Shown: piece after piece, positions 13,301 through 26,989 of the stretch
Layout of the letters: every line of letters begins with the position of its first letter
Position numbering within the stretch: position 1 is the stretch's first letter
DNA from: Octopus sinensis
Taxonomy: Eukaryota
Assembly (NCBI RefSeq): GCF_006345805.1
Contig: NC_042999.1
Coordinates: 8,866,001 to 8,930,000, forward strand
Length of the DNA stretch: 64,000 nt
Reading direction: 5' to 3'
Made by a program: the position numbers and the translations under genes
Notes under the pieces: model-generated
Seen by the model: only the letters and a program-made list of their open reading frames with translations
Told to the model about the DNA's origin: nothing
Databases searched by the model: none

Positions 13301-13686
13301 ACATATTGGTGAATTGAAGAAATGGAGCTGAACGCAGATTGAACAGAAATCGTTTCTGTTCTGTTTTGTTTTTCAACGGATTTCCTTTTTTCTTCCTGAA
13401 GAGAAAGACACAATATGGTCCATTATTCAATCGGATTTTGGTAATTTGTGCCTTTCGAACACGTGTAGAATGAAATAAAACGATTTCTGTTCAATCTGCG
13501 TTCAGCTCCATTTCTTCAATTCACCAATAATGTTTTAATTTCAATTATCCGCACCAACGCACGGTGCAACGCCAGATGGTTGTACCTCCAACCGTGCTGT
13601 TTACTGCTGTGATTTTTGCTACTAAGGTATCGGTTAACTTTTGATTAATCTACTACAAGATTATTCATCTTTCTATTTCACATAAT
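13301..13686 (+). mobile_element. HHR-bearing PLE-like 3' fragment with a 55-bp 5' inverted arm (HHR 13390-13473)
   Basis: TTCTTC-CTGAAGA-GAAAGACAC..GTGCCTTTC-GAAC-ACGT-GTA-GAATGA. 13303-13357 is inverted to 13478-13531. Near-identical copy at 45378-45720 (-). Confidence 0.7.
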
Positions 13687-13889
13687 ATATATATATATAT
13701 ATATATATACATATGTGCACATATATATATATGTACATGTATCTAGGTATATGTATGTGTGTACATATATGTCTGTAAATGTGTATATGCACGTGTACAT
13801 ATGTATATATATGTATGTATATGTTTATAGTTATATATACAATATATATTATAATATATACATTATATATACATATATATATAAATATA

Positions 13890-13957
<68 letters not shown>

Positions 13958-13999
13958 ACATATATATACATACATACATACATTTCTAATATATACAAA

Positions 14000-14460
14000 C
14001 ACACTTTATATTCTTTATTTACATTTCATTTTCCATTTTCCTCAGTATATTTATATTGTATCGCTTCACTAATATTCTAATTTTCATCCGCAATGTTAGT
14101 GCACAATTCAGTATTGGTGACACAAAACCCTCACCCCGACACTGATCTTTGACCTTTTGTCTTATTTTGCTCGATTTCACTTGATTTCAATATTATCTGG
14201 AGGTGGTTCTCGCAGTGCATATGAAGCTGAAGATGATCGCGTGGAGGTGTTGATGGCGTGTAGGAAACCCTGACCCTAGGGATAGCCTTCAGCTTTTTCC
14301 ATCCCAAGGGGATTTTCGGCCTAGTGTTTTGTATACTACCGTTTCTGGCTTTGAGTGTGCATCATGAGCCAATTCCAAAAAGGACATATTCCACATTCTT
14401 CCGAAAGGTTATAGACCCTTCACTGTCATCAACGCTTGATTTTATTTTACTTAATTCTGA
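14000..14460 (-). mobile_element. Possible old CR1/L2-group LINE 3' end
   Basis: Degenerate LGW..L..R-like translation and a (GAAAAT)-like tail; heavily mutated. Confidence 0.3.
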
Positions 14461-16024
14461 CTTATTGTATCGTACTTTCTTGTGCTAATATATAAACAGG
14501 ATTTATTTGTTTACTTCATACTTACTTTGGGACCTTTTCTTTCCAAATATACATTCGTTGCTTTTCTTATTTCTTAAGTCTATATACATTTGGCTTTTGG
14601 GAGGCACAAGATCACAGATTTATAGAGAAAGGCTGAAAAAGTGTTGTCGATCAAAACGAATATTCAAATCTACCGAAGTCGATTATTTCCCTCTATTTTG
14701 GTTGTGTTAATAAAATAAATTTATCCTATTTTATAATCAATACAATTAAATGGTAACATAAAAACGGATGAATCTTCAAATATCTTTCTTTCTACGCATT
14801 AACGAGTGATATGGAGAGATATTGCTTCGTTTCTTGTATCACTCAATTCTTGTTTGGCGTCGTCATATTATTTACCATTTGTCAGTAGCTGATTTTAAAT
14901 TTCAACTTGGATGCCAAAGCTCTGCTACTAACTTCATGTTAATGTTTGAATTTAAAGTATGAATTACATTTCTGTAATTCTGCTACCAAACACTCGTAAA
15001 ATTATTTTAGTTGCACCACCTGCTTCTGTTTCTGCTGCTGTAGCAAAGAATTCTTGTTGCAAGGAAGTATTGAATTATGATAGTGAGTTTTGTGGTTCTG
15101 AGATAGAATAGTGCTATAAACGCAATGCTTCGCCGTGTAGCGAAGAAGCGCTTCCCAATAAAGTATAGCACAGGCCTGGCATGGTTAATGCATCTTCCTG
15201 ATTCAAGGTGATGTTAGTTTATATCTCCAGGTCCCTTACGTTGTATTTCAATATTTCTAAAATAAATATTTAATTTATGGTTATTGTTCGAATTTCAATC
15301 TTCAATATGGCGCTGCAAGAAGAAACACTGCCATATTTCTGCAGCTGTTCTTACAATTCCCGCTGCAGAGTGGCTGATTTATCTACAACCACTTCTCATA
15401 ATCTTTGAATAACGTAAATTTCCACAACACGCACGCGTTTTCGGTATTTATAGCTTCAATAAACATCAAACCATATTATTTCTAAGTCTAGTAAGCAACT
15501 TCGATGTTTATCGCTAGAGCTATACAGTGTCTAAGTATATGTTTATCTAAGCTGCTATGAGTGAAAGTGCTATGCTGTGTATCTGAGTATTCGTGATTGT
15601 GGAGTTATACGGAGCATAGACCCACAAACCTCTCGTACCAGGTCCAAACAGTAATGAACACAGCATTTTACACGAGATAAATTCGATTTTAAATTCCTAA
15701 ACTGTTACCTTCATAACAAAACGCATCGAGGTCTGAAGTAGTTTTGAACATTGTTATATAAGGCATTCCGTGTCTGCTAAGCTTGTTTCGATTTTACTTC
15801 AATTAGATAACGAAATATATACCTGTTGTATAGTGATTACTGGTGTAGCCATCCCCCAATTTCTTCTGACAATCTTCAAGGATTATACATGTACTTTACT
15901 TTCTGGGTCTATAAGAATAAATATTAAATTAAATTATTTAACTTAAACTTGAATTTTAAAGAAACGTAACAAAACAGTTTCAAATAAATCAATTTATGCT
16001 CATAAATGATTGTCTTTTTTTTAC

Positions 16025-16168
16025 CTCTGAGCATCCACTGTCCCGGCTGAGCTCTTCCTGCACGAAAGCGATATCTTTTAATTTCATCCAATCTAACACC
16101 CGCCAAATCCTGCAAGTAGTCGTGAGGCCTAACCTTGCCGTACGGTCTTGCAAGGCTACCCACTGTCA
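16025..16168 (-). CDS. Candidate internal coding exon of an unidentified host gene
   Basis: 144 nt, phase 1-1, acceptor CTTTTGTTGGTCTTTATAAG, donor AG|GTAAAA. Open frame TVGSLARPYGKVRPHDYLQDLAGVRLDEIKRYRFRAGRAQPGQWMLR; the other two frames are closed. GC clearly above the flanks; not a recognised repeat. Confidence 0.6.
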
Positions 16169-16249
16169 CTTATAAAGACCAACAAAAGTGCCACATTTTC
16201 AACATGAGACGCTTCTGCGTCTTACTGAACAGATATATATGAGAGGATG

Positions 16250-16530
16250 TATTTATCCTCATCTCTCTTCCCATGGAGCCATCTTATTTCGTTCCTTTTC
16301 AATTCTAAATGCTTCGCTCTTCGAGTTCAACTCAAAATCACAAAGTTACAGAGAGAAATAATGACACGAGCGATGTTAAACCCCGACCTCCTTGTTTGCG
16401 TTTTACATTTCTTTCTGTGTTCCTTTCCGTGGAAGAGCGTAGGTTCGAAACTAAACAACTTTTTCAATTCCCGAGCGCGACACTAATACATCTGTTTGTT
16501 TTTTACACCACTTGTCTTCGTCTTTTGTTT
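16250..16530 (+). mobile_element. Degenerate copy of the CUGUCGA-family PLE-like tail
   Basis: CCGTGGAAGAGCGTAGGTTCGAAACTAAAC plus similar 3' flank; ends in (TA)n. Confidence 0.5.
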
Positions 16531-16589
16531 TCTTCGTGCATTCTCCCTATATATATATATATATTTATATATATCTATATATATATATG

Positions 16590-16897
16590 GGATTGCACTT
16601 AGAAAGTTACGCTCCTAGTCACAAGTCTGGGCAAGGTGGTTTATGGAAGTCCAGCAGTCGCCCATGCATACCGGCCTCCCCTCTCCACGCCACCAGTGTT
16701 ATCCAAGGGAAAGGCAAAGGCCGATACAGCTTGGCACCAGTGACGTCACAACTCATTTCTACAGCTGAGTTAACTGGAGCAACGTGAAATAAAGTGTCTT
16801 GCTCAAGAACACAACATGCAGCCCGGTCCGGGATTCGAGCTCACAACCTCACGATCGTAAGCTCGACGCTCTAAACACTGAGCCATGCGCCTTCACT
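16590..16897 (-). mobile_element. tRNA-derived SINE family D
   Basis: Head GGCGCATGGCTCAGTG..GAGCTCGAATCCCGG followed by GTGTTCTTGAGCAAGACACTTT. Confidence 0.8.
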
Positions 16898-17031
16898 ATA
16901 TATATATTGATATATATAATATATAATATATATATATATATATATATAATATATATATATATATTATATATATAATATTATATATATATATATATATAAT
17001 ATATATATATATTTATGTATATGTATATATA

Positions 17032-17089
<58 letters not shown>

Positions 17090-17207
17090 CATATCTATAT
17101 ATTATGTATATGTATCTATATATAAGATAAAAAGATACAGAAGATTTGTTTTACGAGACTAAAAATATATTTAAATCATCATGGCAAGAGTATTATACAG
17201 AATTTAT

Positions 17208-17285
<78 letters not shown>

Positions 17286-17796
17286 GTGTGTGTGTATGTG
17301 TAATTATACATACAGAGAGGAGAGTAGGAGAGTGAATTTATCTTTCCATTCGGTTTGGAAAACTCCACGAAATGTTACCGTTTTTGCTAAACCCTTACGG
17401 TATGAAGAATAGATAAAAAAATAATAAAAAAGGATAACTTTTGTCAACAATCGTAATGAATGTTTGGGAAAGTGAAATTATATGGAAAGAGATAAAGTTT
17501 TTAAAAGTATTTGGGCTGATTAAATAATAAACGATTTCTTGTTATTTAATCTGTAAAACAAATAAAGAATAGCCGAGACGACAGCACGTGTAATTGAATA
17601 TCCATTACACAAACAGCTGCAGCGCCACCTGTGAAAGCTTAATATTTGAGGAGAATATTATTCAATGAGTTGAGCGGAAATAACCGGATGGATAGGGCGG
17701 TGGTTCCCAACTTTCTCACAGGGTTTCTGAAAAGCGGTTCCCAAATCTTTTATTTAATTGAGTATTCCCACAGCCCCCTTTTAATATGTTTATCCT

Positions 17797-17839
<43 letters not shown>

Positions 17840-17881
17840 ATTATTTACATTTGATAGATATTTGTCCTCATCTTTGTTGTT

Positions 17882-17927
17882 AACACAACGTTTCAGCTGA
17901 TATACTCTCCAGCCTTCATCAGGTGTC
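17882..17927 (-). ncRNA. Minimal type I HHR with canonical core (PLE-like remnant about 17840-17970)
   Basis: GACAC-CTGATGA-A-GGCTG-GAGAGTATAT-CAGCT-GAAAC-GTT-GTGTT; loopless ACGT helix III. Confidence 0.7.
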
Positions 17928-17999
17928 TTGGGGAAATTTCGAACCTGGGTTCTCATTCCTAAGGTAATTTTCGTTGTTGTTGTTGTTGTTATTATTATT

Positions 18000-18100
18000 A
18001 TTATTACTATTATTATTCAGGTCGCTGCCTGGAATCGAACTCGGAATTTTGGAGTTAGTAGCCCGCGCTCTTAACCACTATGCCATATGCCCACGGGCAT
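18000..18100 (-). mobile_element. Short tRNA-derived SINE (family E) with (AAT)n tail
   Basis: A box GGCATAGTGGTT, B box GAGTTCGATTCC, then the tail. Confidence 0.75.
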
Positions 18101-18185
18101 ATGGCATAGTATTTAAGTATATATATACATCTCCGAATCTCTTTAAAATCTTTATAGCGAATTAATTATTATTAAGGCAACGAGT

Positions 18186-18404
18186 AAGGCGGTGAGCTGG
18201 CACAGTCGTTAGCACGCCGGCGAAATGTTAAGCAGTATTTCGTCAACCGCTACGTTCTGAATTCAAATTTCGCCGATGCTGACTTTGCCTTTCATCCTTT
18301 CGGAGTCGTTAATTTAAGTACCAGTTGAACACTAGGGTCGATGTAATCAACTAGTCGCCTGCCCACAATATTTGAGGCCTTGTACTTCCAGCAGAAAGTA
18401 TTAT
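18186..18404 (+). mobile_element. SINE family A
   Basis: Head, core and alternative tail. Confidence 0.85.
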
Positions 18405-18579
18405 TAAGGCAACGAGTAAGGCGGTGGCGAGCAAATCCATTAACAGCCTTTCACCCATCTGTACAATCTGAGTTCAAATGCCGCGGTGAAGTAATCGTTT
18501 TCCAGGAATAGTTAAAATGTTAAACAGTAAGTTAACATGGTTCCTAGTTAGGCACAATATACTAAATATATGATTATAA

Positions 18580-18891
18580 TATCACCGTGATCACCGTGGC
18601 CGACCAGGCTATCAGATGCTGCTACACATCGCTGGTCACACTGCGTTTCGCATTGTTTTAGCCTTCAAATGACGCCACCCCGCTGGCTAAGCGAGCAGGC
18701 CAACAGAAGAAAGAGTGAGAGAAAGTTGTGGCCAAAGAGTACAGCAGGGATCGCCACCACCCCCTGCCGGAGCCGCGTGGAGCTTTAGGTGTTTTCGCTC
18801 AATAAACACTCACAACGCCCAGTCTGGGAATCGAAACCGCGATCCTACAACCGCGAATCTGCTGCCCTAACCATTGGGCCATTGCGCCTCC
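18580..18891 (-). mobile_element. tRNA-Arg-like SINE family C, body variant 2
   Basis: Head GGAGGCGCAATGGCCCA..GGTTTCGATTCCCAGAC; 3' body differs from C1. Confidence 0.85.
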
Positions 18892-18924
18892 ACATTATTA
18901 TAATATACTATACAAAATAGAACA

Positions 18925-19140
18925 GTGAGCTGGCGGAATCGTTAGCGTGCCGGAAAATATCTTTTGTGACATTTCATCCGTCTTTACATTCTGTCTGTCT
19001 TCAAATTCCGGCGATTTTGACTTTACTTTTCATCCGTTAGAGGGTTGATAAAGTAAATACCAGTTATACAATGGTGTCGATGTAATCCACTTACGCCTTT
19101 CCTGAAATTATTGACCTTTTGTCAATATATGAAACCGTTA
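18925..19140 (+). mobile_element. SINE family A (diverged)
   Basis: Head and core recognisable. Confidence 0.75.
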
Positions 19141-19769
19141 TATAAAATATAAATCTAGAAGTTTTAGCTGGTTTAGTTGGTCGACAATTTCTCGTCATTC
19201 TTGACACACGTCTCTCATCCATTTCTATCTTTCGTGGCAGCTTTAAGCTCTTGGAGAGTGAACCTACTGTCTACAAGCAACTGATCGATGTAGCTATTTG
19301 CTACTCTACCTCTGTCACGTTTTCCATGAGAAGGTTGCCATGGAAGAATTTCTGCTAGTAATTCCTCTTTGTTACTCTGACAGTGACCAATAAATTTCAG
19401 CCATGTACTTCCATATTCCCACTCTCTTTCCCCCCCCCCTCTCTCTCTCTGATATATGGGACTTCTATGAATAGGTGTTCGTTAGTTCTATTTTGTTGCC
19501 ATTCTGGTGTACGTTCCACTTAGAATTTTGTTCACGGGAGATTTAAGTGACCATATTATTGAACAATACACTAAAACTGATTCAACTTCAACTGCGAAGA
19601 ATTTTATTTTAGTTTTTCTCAGATTAGATTTCCATAACAGCTCAGCGTTCCTCTTGATTCACTAATTCTGATTTCTGTATCACTCTTGGATTTCCAAAAA
19701 GAGATCTTCCATTTCTATTTCTCTACATTTCTGTTTTCTTTCAAAGAAATATATAATACACTATGGAGA

Positions 19770-19821
<52 letters not shown>

Positions 19822-19861
19822 TGTATGTATGTATGTATGTATGTATGTATGTATGTATGTA

Positions 19862-20310
19862 TAACTTAGAATAACTTAGAAAGGTTTTGGCCAGTGTTGG
19901 CCCAGGCCATGTCTAACTTAATAGCACCACCTGGTGAAGTCTTTCAATTTAGGATTTGGGCACCAAGGCCCATTCGAGCAGAGAGATATTGTTTGCGGAG
20001 ATACATCCGGGTGTGGGTGGTTAATCCGAGACTGTTTGAAGGAATTTGTCCAAAGGCTTCTTGAATTTTGTGTTGTCAGTTTCTGTTTTGACGTGTCCTG
20101 GTGTAACGTTGAAGAGAGTAGGTCCAATGGAGGTGAAATAATTGTGCCGTATTGTTGTTATGAGATGCCATTTAGATTTTTGTTGTGGACGGATGGCACG
20201 GGCTCCAAGTCTTAGATGTATTTTGAAGGTGATGCCAACATCATTTGGACAGTGCTGATGGAATATTTTTCCACATCATACAGATAATGTAGTATTTGAA
20301 TCAGTATCTT
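19862..20310 (-). mobile_element. 3' end of a CR1/L2-group LINE
   Basis: Translates RHNYFTSIGPTLFNVTPGHVK..FKKPLDKFLQTVSD*PPTPG..NNISLLEW; tail TTCTAAGTTA x2 adjoining (CATA)n. Confidence 0.75.
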
Positions 20311-20390
20311 TGCTTTTTGTATATATATATACATATTATATATATATATTAATATACATCCAACACACCACAACACACACACACACACAC

Positions 20391-20448
<58 letters not shown>

Positions 20449-20449
20449 A

Positions 20450-21435
20450 TATTGCCGGTTTTTTTATACTTCTTTTATTTTCAAAGTTAAGATAAACAAA
20501 CCTGTTTTTTAGTCTAAAATATACTCTCCTTTATTTTCTACATTGCTCTTCCATCTATCTGGTAGACCTGCAAGGCCCCTCTTCTAAAAATTCCTTTGTC
20601 TGTGGCGAAAAATATTCCTCCAATACTGTTTTGGCCTCGTCTACAGAATTCATAATTTCCCGTCCAAATGATTTTGAAAGCTGCAGAATAAATGATAATT
20701 TGATGGGGTAATGTCTGGCGAATATGTGACCGAGCATTATCCTGATGGAAGAACACCTTTCATCTTGAAACCTAAGATGGTCAATTTTCTTGTAGCGCTG
20801 ACTTCAGCCGCTCAAGCCGCTTGCAGTAGATCTCCTGCGTTATCGTTTTGTTTGGGTTTAAAAGTTCAATGTGGACTAAACCTTTCATATCCCACCTAAA
20901 AAAAAGTTTCTCCTTTCCCTACCCACTGTCTGCAGCGATCTACATTTTTATAGCGAGCCCATTCTTCGTCACTTGTCACTATTCAGTCCCAAAACAGTTC
21001 ATTTGTGAGACGTGGTAATAAAGAAGAGCACACATTCACTCTCTTCACACGATTAGACTCGGAAAATTTATGAGGAACCCTTTGACCCAATTTGTTGACT
21101 CGGAATTTCTGGAACCACCGTCGACACTCATTACACTTATTGTCTGATCCCCATAAACTGCATTAATATTCCTCGCACTTTCCGTTTCGTTGTTGCTTTT
21201 ATTGAACTTATAAAGCAAAATATGTCGAATATACTCCTTTGTCACTTACATTATAGCTTTGAAAAAACGACAATTAAAATTGAACTGCATTCTTCAAAAC
21301 TTTCGCTAAGAATAAGAAACGCGTTAAATTACTATCTTCTTTTATAGCAAGTTGATGCAGGTAGTTTATCCCCACCCCCTCTGACTTCTAGTTCATGCAA
21401 TTGAAAAAACTGCATTATTTATGGAATGACCCAAT
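20450..21435 (-). mobile_element. Internally deleted mariner (Mos1/SETMAR-like transposase) relic
   Basis: N-terminal KEYIRHILLYKFNK..ESARNINAVYGDQTIS; FHQDNARSH motif; TIR ATTGGGTCATTCCATAAATAATGCAGTTTT next to TA; the other TIR runs into (TA)n. Confidence 0.85.
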
Positions 21436-21449
21436 ATATGTTATTTGAG

Positions 21450-21795
21450 TCACTAAAATGCAGCCATGCTGGGACGCCGAATTGAAAAATTTTAGTAGAA
21501 TGACTTGACCCCAGTACCTATGTAATGTTTAAGCGTGGTACTTATTCTATCAATCTCTTATGCCGAAACGCTAAGTTACGGGGTCATAAACACACCAGCA
21601 TCGGTTGTCATGCGGCAATGATGGACACACATACACTTACGACCAGATTCTTTCAGTTTCTTTCTACCAAATCCACTCACAAGGATTTGATCGGTCCGAG
21701 GCTACAGTAGAAGACACTTGCCGACGTTACTATGCAGTGGGTCTGAACCCGGAACCATGTGGTTGGAAAGCAAGCTTCTTATCAGAAAGCCACGC
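21450..21795 (-). mobile_element. SINE family B (diverged)
   Basis: Head and tail motifs. Confidence 0.8.
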
Positions 21796-22720
21796 TTATC
21801 ATTATCACATGCATAAATATATATATATATATACTAATAAATAGAAGAGGAATAAAAAAAATATGAAATAATTGAAAGTAGAAAGTGAATGGAATCCTTA
21901 AATAAACGAACGTAACTGAAGGAAAGTAGTCTCAATGGAAATCGATAATAATAATAAAAAAATGATGAAGACGCTGTTAGCAGAATCAACTCAAAAAAAC
22001 TAATCCAAACAAGGATGAAAGCAACGAAGCCAAGGAAAAACAGAGAATAATGTTATTGTGAAAATATATGTAAAGGAAAAATTAATAAAAATATGAGACA
22101 ATTATATAAAATACAATACGAGGTGTAAATAATAGACTTGAAGATAATCGAAATATTTATCTACAAAAGGAGGAAGGTTCTCTGCTTCTCATGAAACCCA
22201 ATAAAAATTAGAATATTGGTTATACTAACTTAACTCAAATGTTATTTCTGTTTAAAAAATTACAAGTTATAACAAAAGGAAATTATTCCATTTATGCAAC
22301 ATCCATTATGTCAAAAGATAATATTGATATCAATGTAAAATCGCTCGTAAAGTTCAGAATGAAAGTAAACGAGGGAAAGAGGTGTGCAAAAATATAAAAC
22401 ACCAAATAGAGATTCCGAAATTTCATAAACGTCTGAAACGAGAAATTTATTTAAATTTTATTAAGAATTATCAGATTAGAAAAAGAAACCGTTTTATAAA
22501 CAAAATGATCGGTTTATCTCTGATCAAATATATTTTTGAAGCAGTGAAAGGAAAACGGAAAGCGTAAGTAACTTAGTCGTTAGTGACAGACAACAAGAGC
22601 TTCCGGAAGATGGTTGTGTAGCAAATGAAGCGACACGTGCCATTAAAATAATACAAAAAAACAACAAAGAATACATGAGTAACAGAATATATAATCCCAG
22701 GTACTCGGGAGAACACATAT

Positions 22721-22951
22721 ATTTCTTTACTACCCACAAGGGGCTAAACATAGAGGGGACAGACAAGGACAGACAAACGGATTAAGTCGATTACATCATC
22801 CCCAGTGCGAAACTGGTACTTAATTTATCGACCCCGAAACGATGAAAAGCAAAGTCGAACTCGGCGGAATTTGAACTCAGAACGTAACGGCAGACGAAAT
22901 ACCGCAAAGCATTTCGCCCGGCGTGCTAACGTTTCTGCCAGCTCGCCGCCT
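22721..22951 (-). mobile_element. SINE family A monomer
   Basis: Full head, core and tail. Confidence 0.9.
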
Positions 22952-23479
22952 CGGGAGAATACATATATGAAGAAAAGACATTCACCGTGACAAACTTTAT
23001 TTTTTTTTTAATTGCGGCACCCCTAGATTAGTTTCCGCTTAGGGTTAAAATATTTGAAATGGCGTTATGAAACACGATATTCAAGAAAAAAAACAACAAA
23101 AACAATAGATTACTTCGTGTAAAGAATCATAATTATAAAATACACATGAGCGCTTGTAAACGTCAGAATGTTGTTAGATTTCGGGGAAATCAGCAAGTGC
23201 TGGTATCTCAAATATATTTCAACATAAATTCTTCATTTATTAAAATTATCTCAAGCTCCAGAGGATGGCACAATTACCAAATAACAGTCAAGACCAAGTA
23301 AATATGAGAAGGGGAGCTAATCTCAGGTATCATGAATTCTCCAAATATGACATGCCATTAAGGAAAAGGAAAGGCAATATTTTCAGGAGATACGAGGAAA
23401 CCAATCTGTCTCCTGCAGGTGAGGGATATAGACATAGACAAATAGAGAGTAAAACACATTTATATTCTAGGTAGTCTAC

Positions 23480-24335
23480 AATAATTAAACAATGATTGAT
23501 GTAAAAATTTCGTGCCAGAGAAAGGAGTATTTGTGACCAACAGCGGATAACGAAAGTTACTATATTCATTGAAACGTATTAACCACGCCTAGATATAAAC
23601 ATATTAGTAATTGTGATTACAGCTTTATTTATAATCAATTAATGCAATCAAATTAATTTTATTTGTATATAACTAATCTCCTGATAATTAATTCATCTTA
23701 GTATAAAAAAAAACCTCCCTTGCGCTTGCATCAAATAATGAGTAAATAATAAAGAGAAATAAACCAGTATTCAATGACATAGGCATATGTGTGTATTAAA
23801 TAATTCAGAGTAGACTCGTTCACACTTGTCATATTCTTTGCTCTCACCCACCTTTCACAGTATTTACTGGACTGTGTGTAGCCTTCCATTTCCACCCGCA
23901 CATTCCTTATCCCTGTGTGTGTGTGTGTGTGTGGTGTGTGTGGTGTGTGTGTGTGTGTATCTGTGCGTGTAGTAAAAATAAAAAGGAAAATGTAGAGCAA
24001 CTTTTATGCTAAAATATGAGATAAAACGTTGATACAATCAACCGGTTTCGCAGTTCAAAGTTAATCATGATTAAGTAGGTTTATTTGAGATGTAAAAATT
24101 TTATAATTTCGTGCCAGAAAAATTAATTTTTGTGACCAACAGCGGATAACAAAAGAATTCATTGAAAAGTGTTAAACACGCCTAGATATAAACATATAAG
24201 TAATTGTGATTACAGCTTTATTTAATCAATTAATTCAACCAAATTAATTTTATTTGTATGCAACTAATCTCCTGATAATTAATTCATTTTACTATCAAAC
24301 AAACCTCCCTTGCACTTGCATCAAATAATAATAAA
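23480..24335 (+). repeat. Diverged direct repeat, about 250 bp twice (about 23485-23740 and 24080-24335)
   Basis: Shared TTTGTGACCAACAGCGGATAAC..CCTAGATATAAACAT..AAACCTCCCTTGC.CTTGCATCAAATAAT. Confidence 0.85.
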
Positions 24336-24542
24336 TTATTATCTCACTAACAATTTATTTGTTTACAAAATATCTTATCTCCAATCATCATTGAAAAGCA
24401 ACTACTAATTATGGTAGCATGAAATTACATCATCACTAATTACATAATCATGAATAACATAAAAAAGCGAAACCAGTTTATATATATATGAACCTGTACT
24501 CACACAGACACTCGCGCACGCGCACATACAAAACACGCACAT

Positions 24543-24605
<63 letters not shown>

Positions 24606-25003
24606 TATATATACACACAGAGGCTTGAAACGTAAAAGGCATTCTCTCTTTCCCGAGCATCAAACTAATATACCTGGTTGGTGTTCATACACCTGTTGTT
24701 ATCTTTTGTTTTTCTGTAAATTTCGAATATATGTGTCGCTGCATATTTCCAGGTGCTTACATAATGGAATCTTGCGTAATTCCTCTTTTCGGATATGCTG
24801 CCTGTGGATTCTTGCCCCAAAAGACAAAAACAATGTTCTCTTCTTCTAAACAAACCCTCTCCCAAAATATCTTTTATATAAATGAACAAGCTGTGTGTAC
24901 ATTCACAAAATCTTATTTGACAAGTTCGAGAAACGAACGAAAACGCTAATAATAATGAAGAAATAAAGAGAACATTTTCCAAAATTCTGACGATTTCTTT
25001 TCT

Positions 25004-25957
<954 letters not shown>

Positions 25958-26002
25958 ATAGGTAAACTATAGGTAAACTATATATATATATATATATATA
26001 TA

Positions 26003-26418
26003 ATAGAAATATTAAAATTACTAAGTCTCTCTAAAGGAGATTACGGCAGCATTACTGGATATTAATAGTTATCGCCATACTAATATGGCAGTCTAATTAT
26101 AAAACTAAAGCTGTCGCTGATTAGCTCCAAGAGGCCACCGCCTCTAGCTAGCTATATGACACACGAACCTGCGTCCATTACAAACCTTCGAACAGGGGAG
26201 GTCAGCCGCTTCACCTTGCTAGTCAGACATCTGCAGACATGTTTCAGGGTTGTTGACTAGCAAGGTGAAGCGGCTGACCTCCCCTGTTCGAAGTTTGTAA
26301 TGGACGCAGGTTCGTGTGTCATATAGCTAGCTAGAGGCGATGGTCTCTTGGAGCTAATCAGCGACAGCTTTAGTCTAATATTTAGACTGCCATATTAGTA
26401 TGGCGATAACTATTAATA
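26003..26418 (-). mobile_element. Foldback element in (TA)n with half an HHR in the spacer
   Basis: Arms 26059-26224 and 26254-26418; unpaired tail 26003-26058; GAAACATGTC-TGCAG on the minus strand at 26231-26245. Confidence 0.6.
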
Positions 26419-26478
26419 TATATATATATACATGCATATGCACACACACTCTCACACACACACCACACACACACACAC

Positions 26479-26558
<80 letters not shown>

Positions 26559-26989
26559 ATCTTTGTTCAGTGTCGGAAAGTTCTGTAAACATAGGGCGTA
26601 AAACAATCTGCGACATTTATATCCAATTCAGCCAAGATATAAATCTTGAACTGTTCTGATATTATTGCTTAATATTACATGACTTAAAGGACATCACCTA
26701 TTTCTACAAGAATCAGATGATTTTCGGAAATTTCAATATCTAGGGTTTAAGATATCTGAAGCGAGGTTTAGGATGAGAAATATAGATCTAACTGCGTAAT
26801 CGTTTCGAAACTGGACACAAGGCCAGGGTGTAAGACCGGGATACGTGTGTGAGGTTTCGTAAAATCCTTAACATTGGCTTCAAATTTTGGTACAAGGACT
26901 GCAAGTTCGGGGATAGGTACTAAAAGGATGATGATGATGATGATAAAAATAATAGTAAAAGTGATAATAATGATGATAATAATAATAAT

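Noticed and set aside
17697-17752. hAT/Charlie-like terminus GGTGGTTCCCAAC
   Set aside because: No partner TIR or 8-bp target duplication found.
20450-21435. SETMAR gene
   Set aside because: Only broken mariner transposase pieces with a TIR; no SET domain.
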